Positions 46,486 to 58,767 of a stretch of DNA of 64,000 nucleotides are shown here, in pieces. The DNA comes from Bacteroidota bacterium (GTDB lineage: Bacteria; Bacteroidota; Ignavibacteria; Palsa-1295). Position 1 is the stretch's first letter. The number at the start of each line of letters is the position of its first letter. Under the pieces are notes generated by a model. The model did not search any database and was not told where the DNA came from. It was given only the letters and a program-made list of their open reading frames with translations. Where the stretch lies: positions 17,066-81,065 of the forward strand of contig JAJPIQ010000044.1 in the NCBI GenBank assembly GCA_021324685.1, written 5' to 3'. Made by a program: the position numbers and the translations under genes.

Positions 46486-47460
46486 TTATCTTTTCTTTTT
46501 TGCGATGGGCAGATTCTGTCGTTTCTTTAAGACCTTTGAAAACAGATCGCCTTTCTTTTGGATACGCACGGGCATGGTCCGGATGGTGAACTGTTCCAGT
46601 TGGAGCCGTTTCGTAATTTCCTTCCATTCGAGCGGTGCGCTCACCATGGCCTGCGGTTTTTCCCGGACCGAATACGCCGAGGCCAGGCTTTTCCCCTCGA
46701 TATTCTGAAGATAATCGACGTAGACCTGTGTTTTTTTTCGTTCTCTTGTCATCCGTTCCACCGTCGCGTCTTGGGGATGACGCTGGGCGACTTCCGTCGC
46801 GAGCTTCTTCGCGAAGGGAACAATTTCCGAATACGTATAAACCGGCTTCACGGGGACGTAAATGTGTATGCCGGTCGAGCCAGACGTTTTGGGATAACCG
46901 GTGAGTCCGTTTTCTTCGAGAACTTTTTTTACTTCTAAGGCCACTTTTTTTACCTGCTCGAAACTTGCTTCGTCTCCCGGATCGAGATCGAATGCAAAGT
47001 AATCTGGCTTCGAGATGGATTGCACGCGGGAAAACCAGGGATTTTGGGTGATCGTCCCTAAATTGACGAGATAGAGGAGGGCCGGCAGATTATTCGCGAT
47101 GGAATAGTTGACCTGTTTGCCATCGGAATCGATCCTGGAATAAATGTCGACGAAGTTCGGCGCGTCCTCCAGATTGTGCTGATAGAACATTTCGCCTTCG
47201 ATACCATTCGGATAGCGCTTCAGGATGAGTGGGCGGTCCCGGAGGTAGGGAAGGAGGGTCTCCGATACCGTATAATAATATTTAAGGAGGTCGAACTTCG
47301 TGTATCCCTCGTCCGGCCAATAGATTTTATCGAGGTTCGAGAATTTCAGTTCGATCGTCGTTCGGCCGGACTTGAACTGCACTGTTTGATCGCCCCGCTG
47401 TCTGCCTGCCGCAAAAAACGCTTCGGCGTCGAGCTTTTGCCTTACTAATTTGCCCTTCAT
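46486..47460 (-). CDS. Stand-alone LigD polymerase/primase domain (NHEJ)
   Basis: SNLDKIYWP, TKFDLLKYY, KRYPNGI, FDLDP, KTSGSTGIHIYVP, YVDYLQN, AYSVR. Confidence 0.92.
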   Translation of the reverse strand: MKGKLVRQKLDAEAFFAAGRQRGDQTVQFKSGRTTIELKFSNLDKIYWPDEGYTKFDLLKYYYTVSETLLPYLRDRPLILKRYPNGIEGEMFYQHNLEDAPNFVDIYSRIDSDGKQVNYSIANNLPALLYLVNLGTITQNPWFSRVQSISKPDYFAFDLDPGDEASFEQVKKVALEVKKVLEENGLTGYPKTSGSTGIHIYVPVKPVYTYSEIVPFAKKLATEVAQRHPQDATVERMTRERKKTQVYVDYLQNIEGKSLASAYSVREKPQAMVSAPLEWKEITKRLQLEQFTIRTMPVRIQKKGDLFSKVLKKRQNLPIAKKKR

Positions 47461-47544
47461 TGTATTTTGCTCTTTATCTCATTCTTTGGCTTTTGGATCC
47501 TATCTCACACCACATTTTCAACGGAAGGACAGTACTCGGTCGTG

Positions 47545-48285
47545 TTATGCGGTTGAAGGGAACACGCGGGAATGGATTTCACGTCGGCGCTTGCCGCTCC
47601 AGCCACCATGGATGCTGCTGATGATGCCTAAGAGCGCATAGGATATCCCAGACAGGAAGATCAATTCGATGGGAACGAACATGGCGAGCAGGAATGCAAC
47701 GACCCCAACGGAACTAAATAACAGCATTTCCCGGCGCACATGGAGGGTGTCCCAGATTTCGAGTTCGGTGAGTTGCAACTTCGCACGAGAGCGGTAAGCA
47801 TAATCGTACATCAACGCGAATACGATCATAACGGCGATATAACCGACGGCATAAATCTCGTACATCTCGCGTAGTTGTTCGAGGCTCCTGAAAATAGAGC
47901 GGGCTTCCTCCATCGAAACAATGCTGAGCCACCAGGAAAGAAAAACGAACTTGAGCGGATACGTATAAAAGAGGACAAGGAACAACAGGGCCATTGTGAG
48001 TACCGTCGATCGGAGGTCCTGCAAGTTATAGCGTCGGTAGAACTGATAATGGAGATACCAGACCGACATGAGTTGCATAAAGCACGCGGCAAAAGGAACG
48101 AAATCGCGAAGTTTGATCAGGAACTCGTCGAAATTGTGTGGAACTTCGCTTGAAACGATGAGGAGTGCGACCGAAAAGCCGAAGACCGCATCGCTGAGGC
48201 TTTCGACACGAGATATGTCGCTTCCTCGCCATCGGAATCCCGACTGTGCGCCCAATTTCTTTTTCGCGGCTGAACGACTAAACAT
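47545..48285 (-). CDS. TMEM175-family potassium channel (DUF1211)
   Basis: RVESLSDAVFGFSVALL signature, WYLH, about 6 TM segments. Confidence 0.82.
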   Translation of the reverse strand: MFSRSAAKKKLGAQSGFRWRGSDISRVESLSDAVFGFSVALLIVSSEVPHNFDEFLIKLRDFVPFAACFMQLMSVWYLHYQFYRRYNLQDLRSTVLTMALLFLVLFYTYPLKFVFLSWWLSIVSMEEARSIFRSLEQLREMYEIYAVGYIAVMIVFALMYDYAYRSRAKLQLTELEIWDTLHVRREMLLFSSVGVVAFLLAMFVPIELIFLSGISYALLGIISSIHGGWSGKRRREIHSRVFPSTA

Positions 48286-48389
48286 ACTCAAAAATACGAA
48301 TTAGCTAGATCGAGGTAGCGTTGTGCTGCATGAACATGCAGATTTTCAGTAACTTTCCTTCAAAACGTCTTCTGCATTCTGTTCGATCG

Positions 48390-49067
48390 TTATTTCCTGT
48401 ATTGATGAAAAATACACCAATCGAACGGAGCCCATAGAGCCGCTTTGAGACCTGCTACCTTCAAACCGGTATTGACCCAGGAATTGCACGTCTTAAAAAT
48501 TGAATAGTAGCCCTTCGCTTCATAGAAAGCATCCGTGCCGCCATACGTTGCATTTGTCGGTATCAATTTTGGCAGCTTTGCAGAATCCAACTCGAACGAC
48601 GAATCGATATATTGAATAAGGCGTTGGTATTGATCGTTACGAATATCGATTCGTATACAATCTTTATCTTCGAGTATCGTCCTATAAAAAGTTACATGCA
48701 TTGCCGATCGGTCGAGCCCGAGACCCGCCTTCAATGCAGTCGAAAATTTGAGATCGCTCCACGTTGGCGTTTCTAAATAAAACGGTCGGTCGCCCCAACC
48801 GAAGGCTATATATCGTGCCGTGGTGTCGTTGTTTTTCGTATTCCGAAATGGGACGACGATATTCCAATCCCGGTACGGATTTTTTACTGGCACGATAAGA
48901 TCGGTGTGCACGCCATTCGTCATAATATACATCGTTATTTCCGGTTTCCCACCTTCTTCGCCTCCAACTCCAAATCTCGAAAGTACCCAAGCAGTAGTGA
49001 AATAGATCGCGATTCCTGCGATCAGCACCAGTATGACGGCGATTACGACTCTGATTATTCGCCTCAT
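48390..49067 (-). CDS. TIGR02117/DUF2459 family protein
   Basis: TNGVHTDLIVP, FGWGDRPFY, FYEAKGYYS..KTCNSW. Confidence 0.85.
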   Translation of the reverse strand: MRRIIRVVIAVILVLIAGIAIYFTTAWVLSRFGVGGEEGGKPEITMYIMTNGVHTDLIVPVKNPYRDWNIVVPFRNTKNNDTTARYIAFGWGDRPFYLETPTWSDLKFSTALKAGLGLDRSAMHVTFYRTILEDKDCIRIDIRNDQYQRLIQYIDSSFELDSAKLPKLIPTNATYGGTDAFYEAKGYYSIFKTCNSWVNTGLKVAGLKAALWAPFDWCIFHQYRK

Positions 49068-49101
49068 AGCTTTGTCGACTTACGTGAAAAGGAACCGACG
49101 G

Positions 49102-51153
<2,052 letters not shown>

Positions 51154-51157
51154 GCTT

Positions 51158-51165
51158 CAAAATTA
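51158..51165 (-). promoter_or_regulatory. Bacteroidota-type -7 promoter element
   Basis: cgTAATTTTG on the minus strand, 4 nt before the acs ATG. Confidence 0.55.
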
Positions 51166-51214
51166 CGAAAAGTGTCGCGATGCCAGCAATAATTTATTCC
51201 CGGACTGGTATTTA

Positions 51215-51685
51215 TTAGAGGACGAGACGCATTTCATTGGTCGGCGAAAAGCCGAGCGATTCATAGAGCGGCCGCCCGAAACGGCTGGCATGCAGCGAAA
51301 CGGCCGTAATCCCTTGGTCGCGTGTCCACTCGAGTACCGTTCCGACAAGTTTCCGGGAGAGCCCGCGTTTTCGATGTTCCGGAGCCGTATAAACATTGAG
51401 AAGATACGCACGTCGGCTGCCCTGATGCCCTGAAGGAAGGATGTGCGGGGGCCAATCGAGCAGCCACAAGCCGGCCCCGGCCGCGACCGAACCGTCATCG
51501 GCGATCACGAGCCATTCGAGATATTCTTTGGAACGAAGTTTTCGTTCGAGCCATGGCCGAAATGCATTCGCCATCGTTTCGAGAGGCTCCTCGGCGCATT
51601 CCCGTATCTCGCGCATCATCGCGCGGCGCTGCTCGACGATCGTTTCCAGATCGTTTATCGTGGCGAAGCGGATCGTATAGTCCAA
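51215..51685 (-). CDS. GNAT family N-acetyltransferase
   Basis: NVYTAPEHRKRGLS, LHAS, GRPLYESLGF. Confidence 0.9.
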   Translation of the reverse strand: MDYTIRFATINDLETIVEQRRAMMREIRECAEEPLETMANAFRPWLERKLRSKEYLEWLVIADDGSVAAGAGLWLLDWPPHILPSGHQGSRRAYLLNVYTAPEHRKRGLSRKLVGTVLEWTRDQGITAVSLHASRFGRPLYESLGFSPTNEMRLVL

Positions 51686-51700
51686 TTCGCGTGATCCGGT

Positions 51701-52120
51701 TCAGGCCAGTTTCGCGTTTAGTTCGATCTTTACGCCGGCGAGCGCGCGGGAAACAGGGCAGGCCGTTTTTGTCCCGTTGGCGATCTCCTGGAATTTTGCA
51801 TCGTCGATTCCAGGAACTTTTGCATTCACGTCGAGCTGGATCGTTTCCACGGTCCATTTCCCGGAGCCATTATCGAATGTTGCTTTGGCAGAGGATGTGA
51901 CCTGCTGCGGCTGAAAGCCGGCTTTCTCGAGATCGGCCGAGAGCGCCATCGAGAAGCACCCGGCGAGTGCACCGGCGAGCAGTTCCTCCGGGCTCGAGCC
52001 GGCACCACCCTCCATGCGAGAGTTAAAGGAAAAAGGGAAGTTTTTTTCGGAAAGGCGCATTTCGCCTTTGCCGCTTTTCAAGACGCCGTTCCACTCGGCC
52101 GTCGCACTGGAGCTTCGCAT
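51701..52120 (-). CDS. osmC: OsmC family peroxiredoxin
   Basis: SPEELLAGALAGCFSMALS and CPVSRAL. Confidence 0.93.
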   Translation of the reverse strand: MRSSSATAEWNGVLKSGKGEMRLSEKNFPFSFNSRMEGGAGSSPEELLAGALAGCFSMALSADLEKAGFQPQQVTSSAKATFDNGSGKWTVETIQLDVNAKVPGIDDAKFQEIANGTKTACPVSRALAGVKIELNAKLA

Positions 52121-52214
52121 TGGGATATTGAAATTAAAGAGAAAAAGTTAAATCGCGTAAAAAATTTGAAGTTAAGTCTGCAAAAATACGAAAGGAACCG
52201 CAGGGGTCGTCGAA

Positions 52215-52898
52215 TTACATTCCGGGGGCCGGAGAAGAAATATGGTGCCGCATTAGCTTGGCCTCCGCCACAAAGATCACATTCTCGGCAATGTTCGTCG
52301 CATGGTCGGCAAGCCGCTCGATATGCCGCAGCAGCGCCATGAGATGAGCGGCAGGTTCGATCATGACGGGATCGGACTTCATTTCATCGATGAGATTGTA
52401 GAAGATCTGCCTGTTCAGTTCATCCACTCGATCTTCTTTTTCGAAAACAGAGCGGGCTTCTTCGCTATCGGAATGAATAAAGGCATTGAGCACGCTCGTG
52501 AGCATTTCGCGTGCCGTGGCGATCATTTCGAAGGCACCGGAGCGCTCGATGAGGGAAGGGTAGTCCTGCAACGCTTCGACCCGTTCGGCTACATTGACAG
52601 CGATGTCCCCGATGCGTTCGAAATCGCTGTTCATTCGCATTGCTGCAAGCAATAGGCGAAGATCGACCGCGACCGGCTGCGTGAGGGCAAAAATCCGCTG
52701 GCACTGGCCGTCAATGGCCAGATCGAGTTCGTTCACCCGTTCTTCTCGATCGAGGACGAACTTTGCAAGCTCCAGGTTTCCTTCCTTCAGGGCGCGGATG
52801 GCTGTCTCGACCTGCTCGTCGATCAGCGATCCCATACGAATAAGCTGGGAGCGAAGCGTTTCCAGCTCGTCTTCAAAATGGCGGTGCACTCGGGCCAA
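52215..52898 (-). CDS. phoU: Phosphate signalling protein PhoU
   Basis: QPVAVDLR, ERIGDIA, ERLADHATNIAE. Confidence 0.95.
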   Translation of the reverse strand: MARVHRHFEDELETLRSQLIRMGSLIDEQVETAIRALKEGNLELAKFVLDREERVNELDLAIDGQCQRIFALTQPVAVDLRLLLAAMRMNSDFERIGDIAVNVAERVEALQDYPSLIERSGAFEMIATAREMLTSVLNAFIHSDSEEARSVFEKEDRVDELNRQIFYNLIDEMKSDPVMIEPAAHLMALLRHIERLADHATNIAENVIFVAEAKLMRHHISSPAPGM

Positions 52899-52956
52899 GG
52901 AGAATTAAGTTAAGGGTGAAAAAAAGAAAATGGCAAGAAGATTTCCAGCGGCATGC

Positions 52957-53808
52957 TCAACCGAACCTTCCAGTAATATAATCTTCAGTCTGCTTTTTCT
53001 TCGGATTCGTGAAGATGTCGCGCGTGTCGCCGACCTCGATGAGTTCGCCCATATAAAAGAAGGCGGTCACATCGCTGACACGAGCCGCCTGCTGCATATT
53101 ATGCGTCACGATGACGATCGTATAGCGGTTCTTGATCTGGAAAATCAGTTCTTCGATCTTGGCGGTGGAGATGGGGTCGAGGGCGCTGGCAGGCTCGTCC
53201 ATGAGCAGGACTTCGGGATCGACCGCAAGGGCGCGAGCAATGCAAAGGCGCTGCTGCTGGCCGCCGGAAAGACCCAGCGCGCTATGGTGCAGTCGATCTT
53301 TCACTTCATCCCATAGTGCGGCTTGCACTAAACTTTTTTCGACGATCTCGTTTAAACGAGCCTTTTGTCTGGTTCCCAATATCTTCGGTCCGTATGCGAC
53401 GTTCTCCCAGATCGATTTTGGGAACGGATTCGATTTTTGGAAGACCATCCCTACGCGCTTGCGCAGATCGACGACGTCCAACCCTTTTTGATAAATATCG
53501 ATGCCGTCCATTTGAACCGATCCCGTGATCCGAACGCCGGCGATGAGGTCGTTCATGCGGTTGATCGTTCGGAGATAGGTCGATTTTCCACATCCCGATG
53601 GACCGATGAAAGCTGTCACTTCGTGCTCCGGAATATCGATAGAGATCGAACACAAAGCTTGCTTCTGACCGTAAAACAGATCGAGATTGCGCGTCGTGAT
53701 CTTGTGGGACCGCTCGGCGGACCGTTCTCGGACCGACGCCGAGCGCACGTCCGGTGTTCTTTGGGCTACGCCTCTTCGTTCCTCGTAGCGCTGTTCAGCG
53801 ACTTCCAT
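52957..53808 (-). CDS. pstB: Phosphate ABC transporter ATPase
   Basis: [38 protein letters not shown]. Confidence 0.96.
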   Translation of the reverse strand: MEVAEQRYEERRGVAQRTPDVRSASVRERSAERSHKITTRNLDLFYGQKQALCSISIDIPEHEVTAFIGPSGCGKSTYLRTINRMNDLIAGVRITGSVQMDGIDIYQKGLDVVDLRKRVGMVFQKSNPFPKSIWENVAYGPKILGTRQKARLNEIVEKSLVQAALWDEVKDRLHHSALGLSGGQQQRLCIARALAVDPEVLLMDEPASALDPISTAKIEELIFQIKNRYTIVIVTHNMQQAARVSDVTAFFYMGELIEVGDTRDIFTNPKKKQTEDYITGRFG

Positions 53809-53884
53809 GTTTGTTTGCTAATACCTCTTGCTTTCGTAACCAATATTCCTTGAAAATCGGCTCCGCATGCGGATAAAGCTTCAG

Positions 53885-53922
53885 TTATGTCTATATTACC
53901 AAATTGTTACCATAATTTTGCC
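53885..53922. promoter_or_regulatory. Putative Pho-box-like tandem repeats with 11-bp period
   Basis: ttatg 53885, ttacc 53896, ttacc 53907 and ttgcc 53918, between divergent pstB and phoB-like genes. Confidence 0.55.
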
Positions 53923-54002
53923 ACTGTGACTGGAGCGTTAAGAAATCGTAAAACCCTAAAAGTAAAGCACTTAGCGATACTTTGGCCTGTTAATGCGGTT
54001 CG

Positions 54003-54701
54003 ATGAACCGAACGATTCTCATCGCCGATGACGAACAGGACATTCGCGATCTCCTGGCTTACAATCTTTCCCGTGAGGGCTTTGCCATTGAAACGGCTAC
54101 GAACGGTAAAGAAGCTCTGCAGAAACTCGAACAAACGCCTGCTGCGCTCGTACTTTTGGACATAATGATGCCGGAAATGGACGGGTTCGAGACCTGCCGG
54201 GCCATTCGCTCGAATCCAAAAACGGCCAATATTCCCGTCCTTTTTCTTACGGCACGGGCGGCAGAAGTCGATCAGATCGTTTCGCTCGAATTAGGGGCCG
54301 ACGATTATGTCCAAAAGCCGGTTTCGCCTCGAGTGCTTGTGGCGCGAGTGAAATCACTCTTACGGCGTTTTGACCGTTCGGAGCAAACGCCACAACCTCC
54401 GAAAGAAGAAAAGATCGTTTCTCCCGGCTTACGGATCGACCGTGCGTCGTATAAGGTGTACGTCGATGAGAAGGAGACTTTTTTCCCCAGAAAAGAGTTC
54501 GAACTACTCTACTTCCTTGCTGCGCATCCGGGCCGAATTTATAAAAGAGAGGCGCTTTTGGACGAAGTATGGGGGCATGACACGTTTGTCGTCGAGCGGA
54601 CGGTCGATGTTCATATTTTCAAGGTCCGCGAAAAGCTGGGCGAGTACGGCAAGCGGATAGAAACCGTCAAGGGTGTGGGTTATCGTTACGTTGTAGAATA
54701 A
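54003..54701 (+). CDS. phoB: OmpR/PhoB family response regulator
   Basis: Receiver domain plus winged helix (RTVDVHI, ETVKGVGY); pst/phoU context. Confidence 0.82.
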   Translation: MNRTILIADDEQDIRDLLAYNLSREGFAIETATNGKEALQKLEQTPAALVLLDIMMPEMDGFETCRAIRSNPKTANIPVLFLTARAAEVDQIVSLELGADDYVQKPVSPRVLVARVKSLLRRFDRSEQTPQPPKEEKIVSPGLRIDRASYKVYVDEKETFFPRKEFELLYFLAAHPGRIYKREALLDEVWGHDTFVVERTVDVHIFKVREKLGEYGKRIETVKGVGYRYVVE

Positions 54702-54707
54702 AACTCT

Positions 54708-55766
54708 GTGCCATCGCTCCGGGTCCGCGCTGCGGCGTTTCCCATCGTTCTTGTCCTTATTGTCCTCATCATAGCCGATTTATCATTGTGCGCCGGCGAT
54801 CCTTCGCTGGCGGCGGTCGTTATTCCGGTTTCGATTGCTATTCTCGTGATGCTATCGTTTACGAGCCTGTGGTATGCCGGCCGTCTCGTGCGCCCGATCA
54901 GCGAACTCATGCCAACGGTCGATGCGCAGGGGCGCCTCGAATTCCGAAGTACGCGCACGGAGTTAACGCCACCGGACGAGCTTCGCGCACTCGCGATTAC
55001 GATCGCGCAGATCGGCGAAAAACAACACCGCGACGAACTCGCGCGCCAGAAGCTCGAACGTGTCCGTAGCGAATTTCTTGGGAATGTTTCCCACGAGCTC
55101 CGTACGCCCATCTTTGCTGTGCAGGGCTTTATTGAAACGCTGCTCGATGGTGCCATCGACGATCCGGCGGTCAATCGCGATTTTCTCGAACGGGCGAAAG
55201 GGCAGGCCGAGCGGCTGAATAATTTGCTCAACGACCTGATCGATATATCGAGGATCGAATCCGGCGAAATGCGCATGAGCTTTCGCATGTTCGACATTCA
55301 GCCGTTCCTTCGGGATTTTATCGCTGAAATGCAGCCCATGGCGCGCGCGCGGAATATCGAGCTCTATTTTACGGGCAACGTGCTTCCGCACCATGAGGTC
55401 AGCGTGTATGCCGACAAAGAGCGGATCAAACAAGTGTTGATAAACTTAGTCGATAATGCCATCAAGTACTCGGAACCGGGAACGGCCGTGAAAGTGGAGC
55501 TTCTGAACGGTGAACCGAGGGCACAGGAAGTGACCGTTCGTGTGATTGACAATGGCATTGGCATCGCGACCGAACATCTACCGCGACTCTTTGAACGGTT
55601 TTACCGTGTCGATAAAGGACGCGCTCGATCTACTCCGGGAGGGACGGGATTAGGCCTCGCGATCGTCAAACATATTACTGAAGCTCACCGTGGCAAGATC
55701 AGCGTGACGAGCGAGATCGGCAAAGGCAGCACGTTTCAGTTTACCTTGCAAAAGGAGCCGTTTTAA
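54708..55766 (+). CDS. phoR: PhoR-like sensor histidine kinase
   Basis: Two TM segments, FLGNVSHELRTP, NLVDNAIKY, FERFYRVDKGR, GTGLGL. Confidence 0.82.
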   Translation: MPSLRVRAAAFPIVLVLIVLIIADLSLCAGDPSLAAVVIPVSIAILVMLSFTSLWYAGRLVRPISELMPTVDAQGRLEFRSTRTELTPPDELRALAITIAQIGEKQHRDELARQKLERVRSEFLGNVSHELRTPIFAVQGFIETLLDGAIDDPAVNRDFLERAKGQAERLNNLLNDLIDISRIESGEMRMSFRMFDIQPFLRDFIAEMQPMARARNIELYFTGNVLPHHEVSVYADKERIKQVLINLVDNAIKYSEPGTAVKVELLNGEPRAQEVTVRVIDNGIGIATEHLPRLFERFYRVDKGRARSTPGGTGLGLAIVKHITEAHRGKISVTSEIGKGSTFQFTLQKEPF

Positions 55767-55790
55767 TCGCAACCATGTTGCCAGTGCTCT

Positions 55791-56516
55791 ATGGCAAAAA
55801 AAACATTCTCGCCGCCGGACGAGCCGGCGCCCGTTTTCGACGGTTTTTCGAAAGAGACCTTCGCATTCCTTCACGGGCTGAAAAAGAACAATAATAAAGG
55901 GTGGTTCGAAGCACATCGCGAGGATTATGAGCAACATCTTCGGCGCCCGTCACAGGCATTGGCTGCCGCTATGGGGCAGTATTTTCGCGAGCACAAGATT
56001 CCTGCGATTGGCAACCCCAAGACGTCCATTTTTCGCATCTATCGCGACATTCGTTTTAGCAAGGACAAATCGCCATACAAAACGCATATTGGGCTTTCGT
56101 TTCCTCTCGAGGGTACAAAGAAGGAAGAGTGGTGCGGATATTATCTCGGGCTCGAACCGGCAAAGACCGGACGCGGCCTCCAGGTATTCGCAGGAGGCGG
56201 AATTTATATGCCGATGCCGCCACACTTAAAGCGCATCCGAGCGGAAATTGCTCGTCATCATAAGGAACTGGATAAAATTCTTAAATCGCCGGCGTTCAAG
56301 AAATTATACCCCAAAGGGATGGATGGGGAATCGCTCAAGCGTATTCCGCAGGGCTATGATGAAGAGCACCCAGCTGCGGCTTACCTTAAAATGAAAAGTT
56401 TTCTCTTTAGCTGCGATATTTCGGATAAAGATCTGCTCAGGGAGGACCTTCCGATTACACTTGGAGAGAAATTCAAGGTCGCTTTACCGCTCGTTCTCTT
56501 TCTTGGACGTGCCTGA
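55791..56516 (+). CDS. DUF2461 family protein
   Basis: LKKNNNKGWFEAHR and FRIYRDIRFSKDKSPYK. Confidence 0.9.
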   Translation: MAKKTFSPPDEPAPVFDGFSKETFAFLHGLKKNNNKGWFEAHREDYEQHLRRPSQALAAAMGQYFREHKIPAIGNPKTSIFRIYRDIRFSKDKSPYKTHIGLSFPLEGTKKEEWCGYYLGLEPAKTGRGLQVFAGGGIYMPMPPHLKRIRAEIARHHKELDKILKSPAFKKLYPKGMDGESLKRIPQGYDEEHPAAAYLKMKSFLFSCDISDKDLLREDLPITLGEKFKVALPLVLFLGRA

Positions 56517-56655
56517 CCGGAGGAAATAGCTTATGTTAGCGTCGTTTCAGGGAACATAAGCTCCTTACAAAGTTTTACGGCACAGGCATTTTAGGAAGGC
56601 CGGGCGTCGCCGCGGCTGAATTCTAATTTTATAGAGCTTTTACCGATTTTCATAC

Positions 56656-58662
56656 GTGAAAAAGAATCGCGCCAAAATTGTAATCATTCTGCTCTTCATT
56701 GTCGGAGCAGTTTATGCGCTATACCCCACTTACCGTTCACAGGAGCTTAAAAGCCAGGAGGACAGCTTTGGGCATAGCTCGCAGGATTCCATTAAAAAAG
56801 TCGCATGGGAAAATGCCAATGGGCAGGACCTGAAAGATGCCAACGCCAAGGCGATCAAGCTCGGACTGGACCTCCGCGGTGGCATTTACGTCACCGAGGA
56901 AGTCGATGTCCTTAAATTTATCGATGAACAGGCCCTCCAGAAGGACGATATCTTCGAGCAAGTCATGGCCGCGACCGAAAAGGACGAAGCCACAAGCGAT
57001 AACCCGGTCGTTCCGATGTTCATTAAGCATTTCAATGATATCGCTCGGCCGAAAGGCAAGACGCTCGCCAACTATTTTTACTTTAGCGATGCCGGTGCCG
57101 GCAGCGATGACCAAATCCAGGCGGCACTCCAAAAAGGCGCGGATGAAGCCGTCGATCGTGCGATCGAAATTACTCGAAATCGAATCGACCAATTCGGACT
57201 TACAGAACCGACGATCCAAAAGGAAGGAACGCGTCGTATTATCATCGAGCTTCCGGGCGTCGGCGATCCGACACAGGTCCATCAGCTATTACAGGGGACC
57301 GCGCAGCTTGAATTCCGCCTGCTGAAGGACCCGCAGATCGTCCAGCGGGTAATCGATCGGATCGACCAGCATTTGCGCGGCGACACAACGCTCGCAAAGA
57401 TGGAAAACGCCGATACCGCAAAGGCCGATACTTCAAAGAAGATCGCCGCGGTCGATTCTACGAAAGTCGATACTTCCGCCAGGGCCGCTGCTGTCAAAAA
57501 AGATACCTCCAATAAGTCGACCGCCGTTCTCACTCCCGAAGATTCCGAACGGCGCGCCGATTCAATCGCGGAAATCGGGATGTCGAAAGAGCAAAAATTT
57601 GCTCACTTTACCAAGACTCACCCGTTCAGCGCGATCCTCGCAAAAGGGGCGACACAGCGTGGCGATATTTATGTCACCGAACAGGACCGTCAGCTTATCA
57701 AGAGCATTCTCGATCGCCCGGACGTTCGTCCGATCTATCAGGACGAGGTCGCGTTCATGTTCAGTCGGGCGATTCCGGAGCAAAACCAGAATATTTATCA
57801 GCTCTATTTTCTGAACAGCCAACCGGAACTCACCGGAAAAGTGATCACCGACGCTCGTTCGGATATCGATCCCCAGACCGGAAAGCCGGAAGTCACGATG
57901 CAAATGGATGACGATGGCACGCGTGTCTGGCGGCGTGTTACCAAAGCGAATATCGGCAAGCAGGTCGCGATCGTACTCGATAGCGTCATCTATTCTGCGC
58001 CGACCGTGAACAGCGAAATCCCGAATGGGAACTCACAGATCACAGGGACCGGCGACATGACCGAGGCGAACTTGTTGAAGATCGTCCTCAAGGCAGGAGC
58101 GCTGCCTGCCCCCGTAAGGATCATCCAGGAATCGGTCGTTGGACCCTCGCTCGGAGCCGATTCGATCGCGAAAGGAACTTCATCCATCATCTGGAGCCTC
58201 GTTGTCGTGCTGCTCTTTATGTTTATGTACTATGTGACCGGTGGAGCAGTGGCCGACTTTGCGGTTATCATCAATATGCTCTTTCTTGCCGCCGTGCTCG
58301 CGACGTTTGGTGCGACGCTCACGCTTCCCGGCATGGCCGGAGCTGTGCTGACGGTCGGTATTGCTGTCGATGCAAACGTGCTGATCTACGAGCGTATCCG
58401 TGAAGAATTATCGCTCGGTAAATCGCTGAAGCTCGCAATTGACGATGGTTACCGGCGAGCATTCCCACCGATCTTCGACGGTCACTTGACCGCATTCTTC
58501 TCGGGCGTGATCTTATATGCATTCGGAACCGGAACGGTGCAGGGTTTTGCAGTCACGCTGATGATCGGTGTGGCCGCATCGCTTTTTACCGCGATCGTGA
58601 TCACGCGCGTGATCTTCGACATTCTGCTCGAGCGCAGCCCGCAGATCATTAAGTTTGGATAA
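56656..58662 (+). CDS. secD: Protein translocase subunit SecD
   Basis: LGLDLRGG, RIDQFG, AGALPAP, VGPSLG, AVDANVLIYERIREE. Confidence 0.96.
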   Translation: MKKNRAKIVIILLFIVGAVYALYPTYRSQELKSQEDSFGHSSQDSIKKVAWENANGQDLKDANAKAIKLGLDLRGGIYVTEEVDVLKFIDEQALQKDDIFEQVMAATEKDEATSDNPVVPMFIKHFNDIARPKGKTLANYFYFSDAGAGSDDQIQAALQKGADEAVDRAIEITRNRIDQFGLTEPTIQKEGTRRIIIELPGVGDPTQVHQLLQGTAQLEFRLLKDPQIVQRVIDRIDQHLRGDTTLAKMENADTAKADTSKKIAAVDSTKVDTSARAAAVKKDTSNKSTAVLTPEDSERRADSIAEIGMSKEQKFAHFTKTHPFSAILAKGATQRGDIYVTEQDRQLIKSILDRPDVRPIYQDEVAFMFSRAIPEQNQNIYQLYFLNSQPELTGKVITDARSDIDPQTGKPEVTMQMDDDGTRVWRRVTKANIGKQVAIVLDSVIYSAPTVNSEIPNGNSQITGTGDMTEANLLKIVLKAGALPAPVRIIQESVVGPSLGADSIAKGTSSIIWSLVVVLLFMFMYYVTGGAVADFAVIINMLFLAAVLATFGATLTLPGMAGAVLTVGIAVDANVLIYERIREELSLGKSLKLAIDDGYRRAFPPIFDGHLTAFFSGVILYAFGTGTVQGFAVTLMIGVAASLFTAIVITRVIFDILLERSPQIIKFG

Positions 58663-58663
58663 G

Positions 58664-58760
58664 GTAACGGACGCATGGCAATGCGTCCAATCGCCGATGA
58701 TGCACAAAGAAATTTCGGTTCTTAATACAATTTTATAAAGTGGGCGCCATGCGCGTCCCT
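58664..58760. repeat. REP-like palindrome and a degenerate partner in the secD-secF spacer
   Basis: gta..ggacgcat-ggca-atgcgtcc (58669-58688) and gggcgccatgcgcgtccct (58742-58760). Confidence 0.4.
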
Positions 58761-58767
58761 CGAGACT

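Noticed and set aside
56528..56562. 10-bp inverted repeat agcttatgtt/aacataagct upstream of secD
   Set aside because: Long loop and no U-tract; cannot be assigned as a terminator, operator or RNA element
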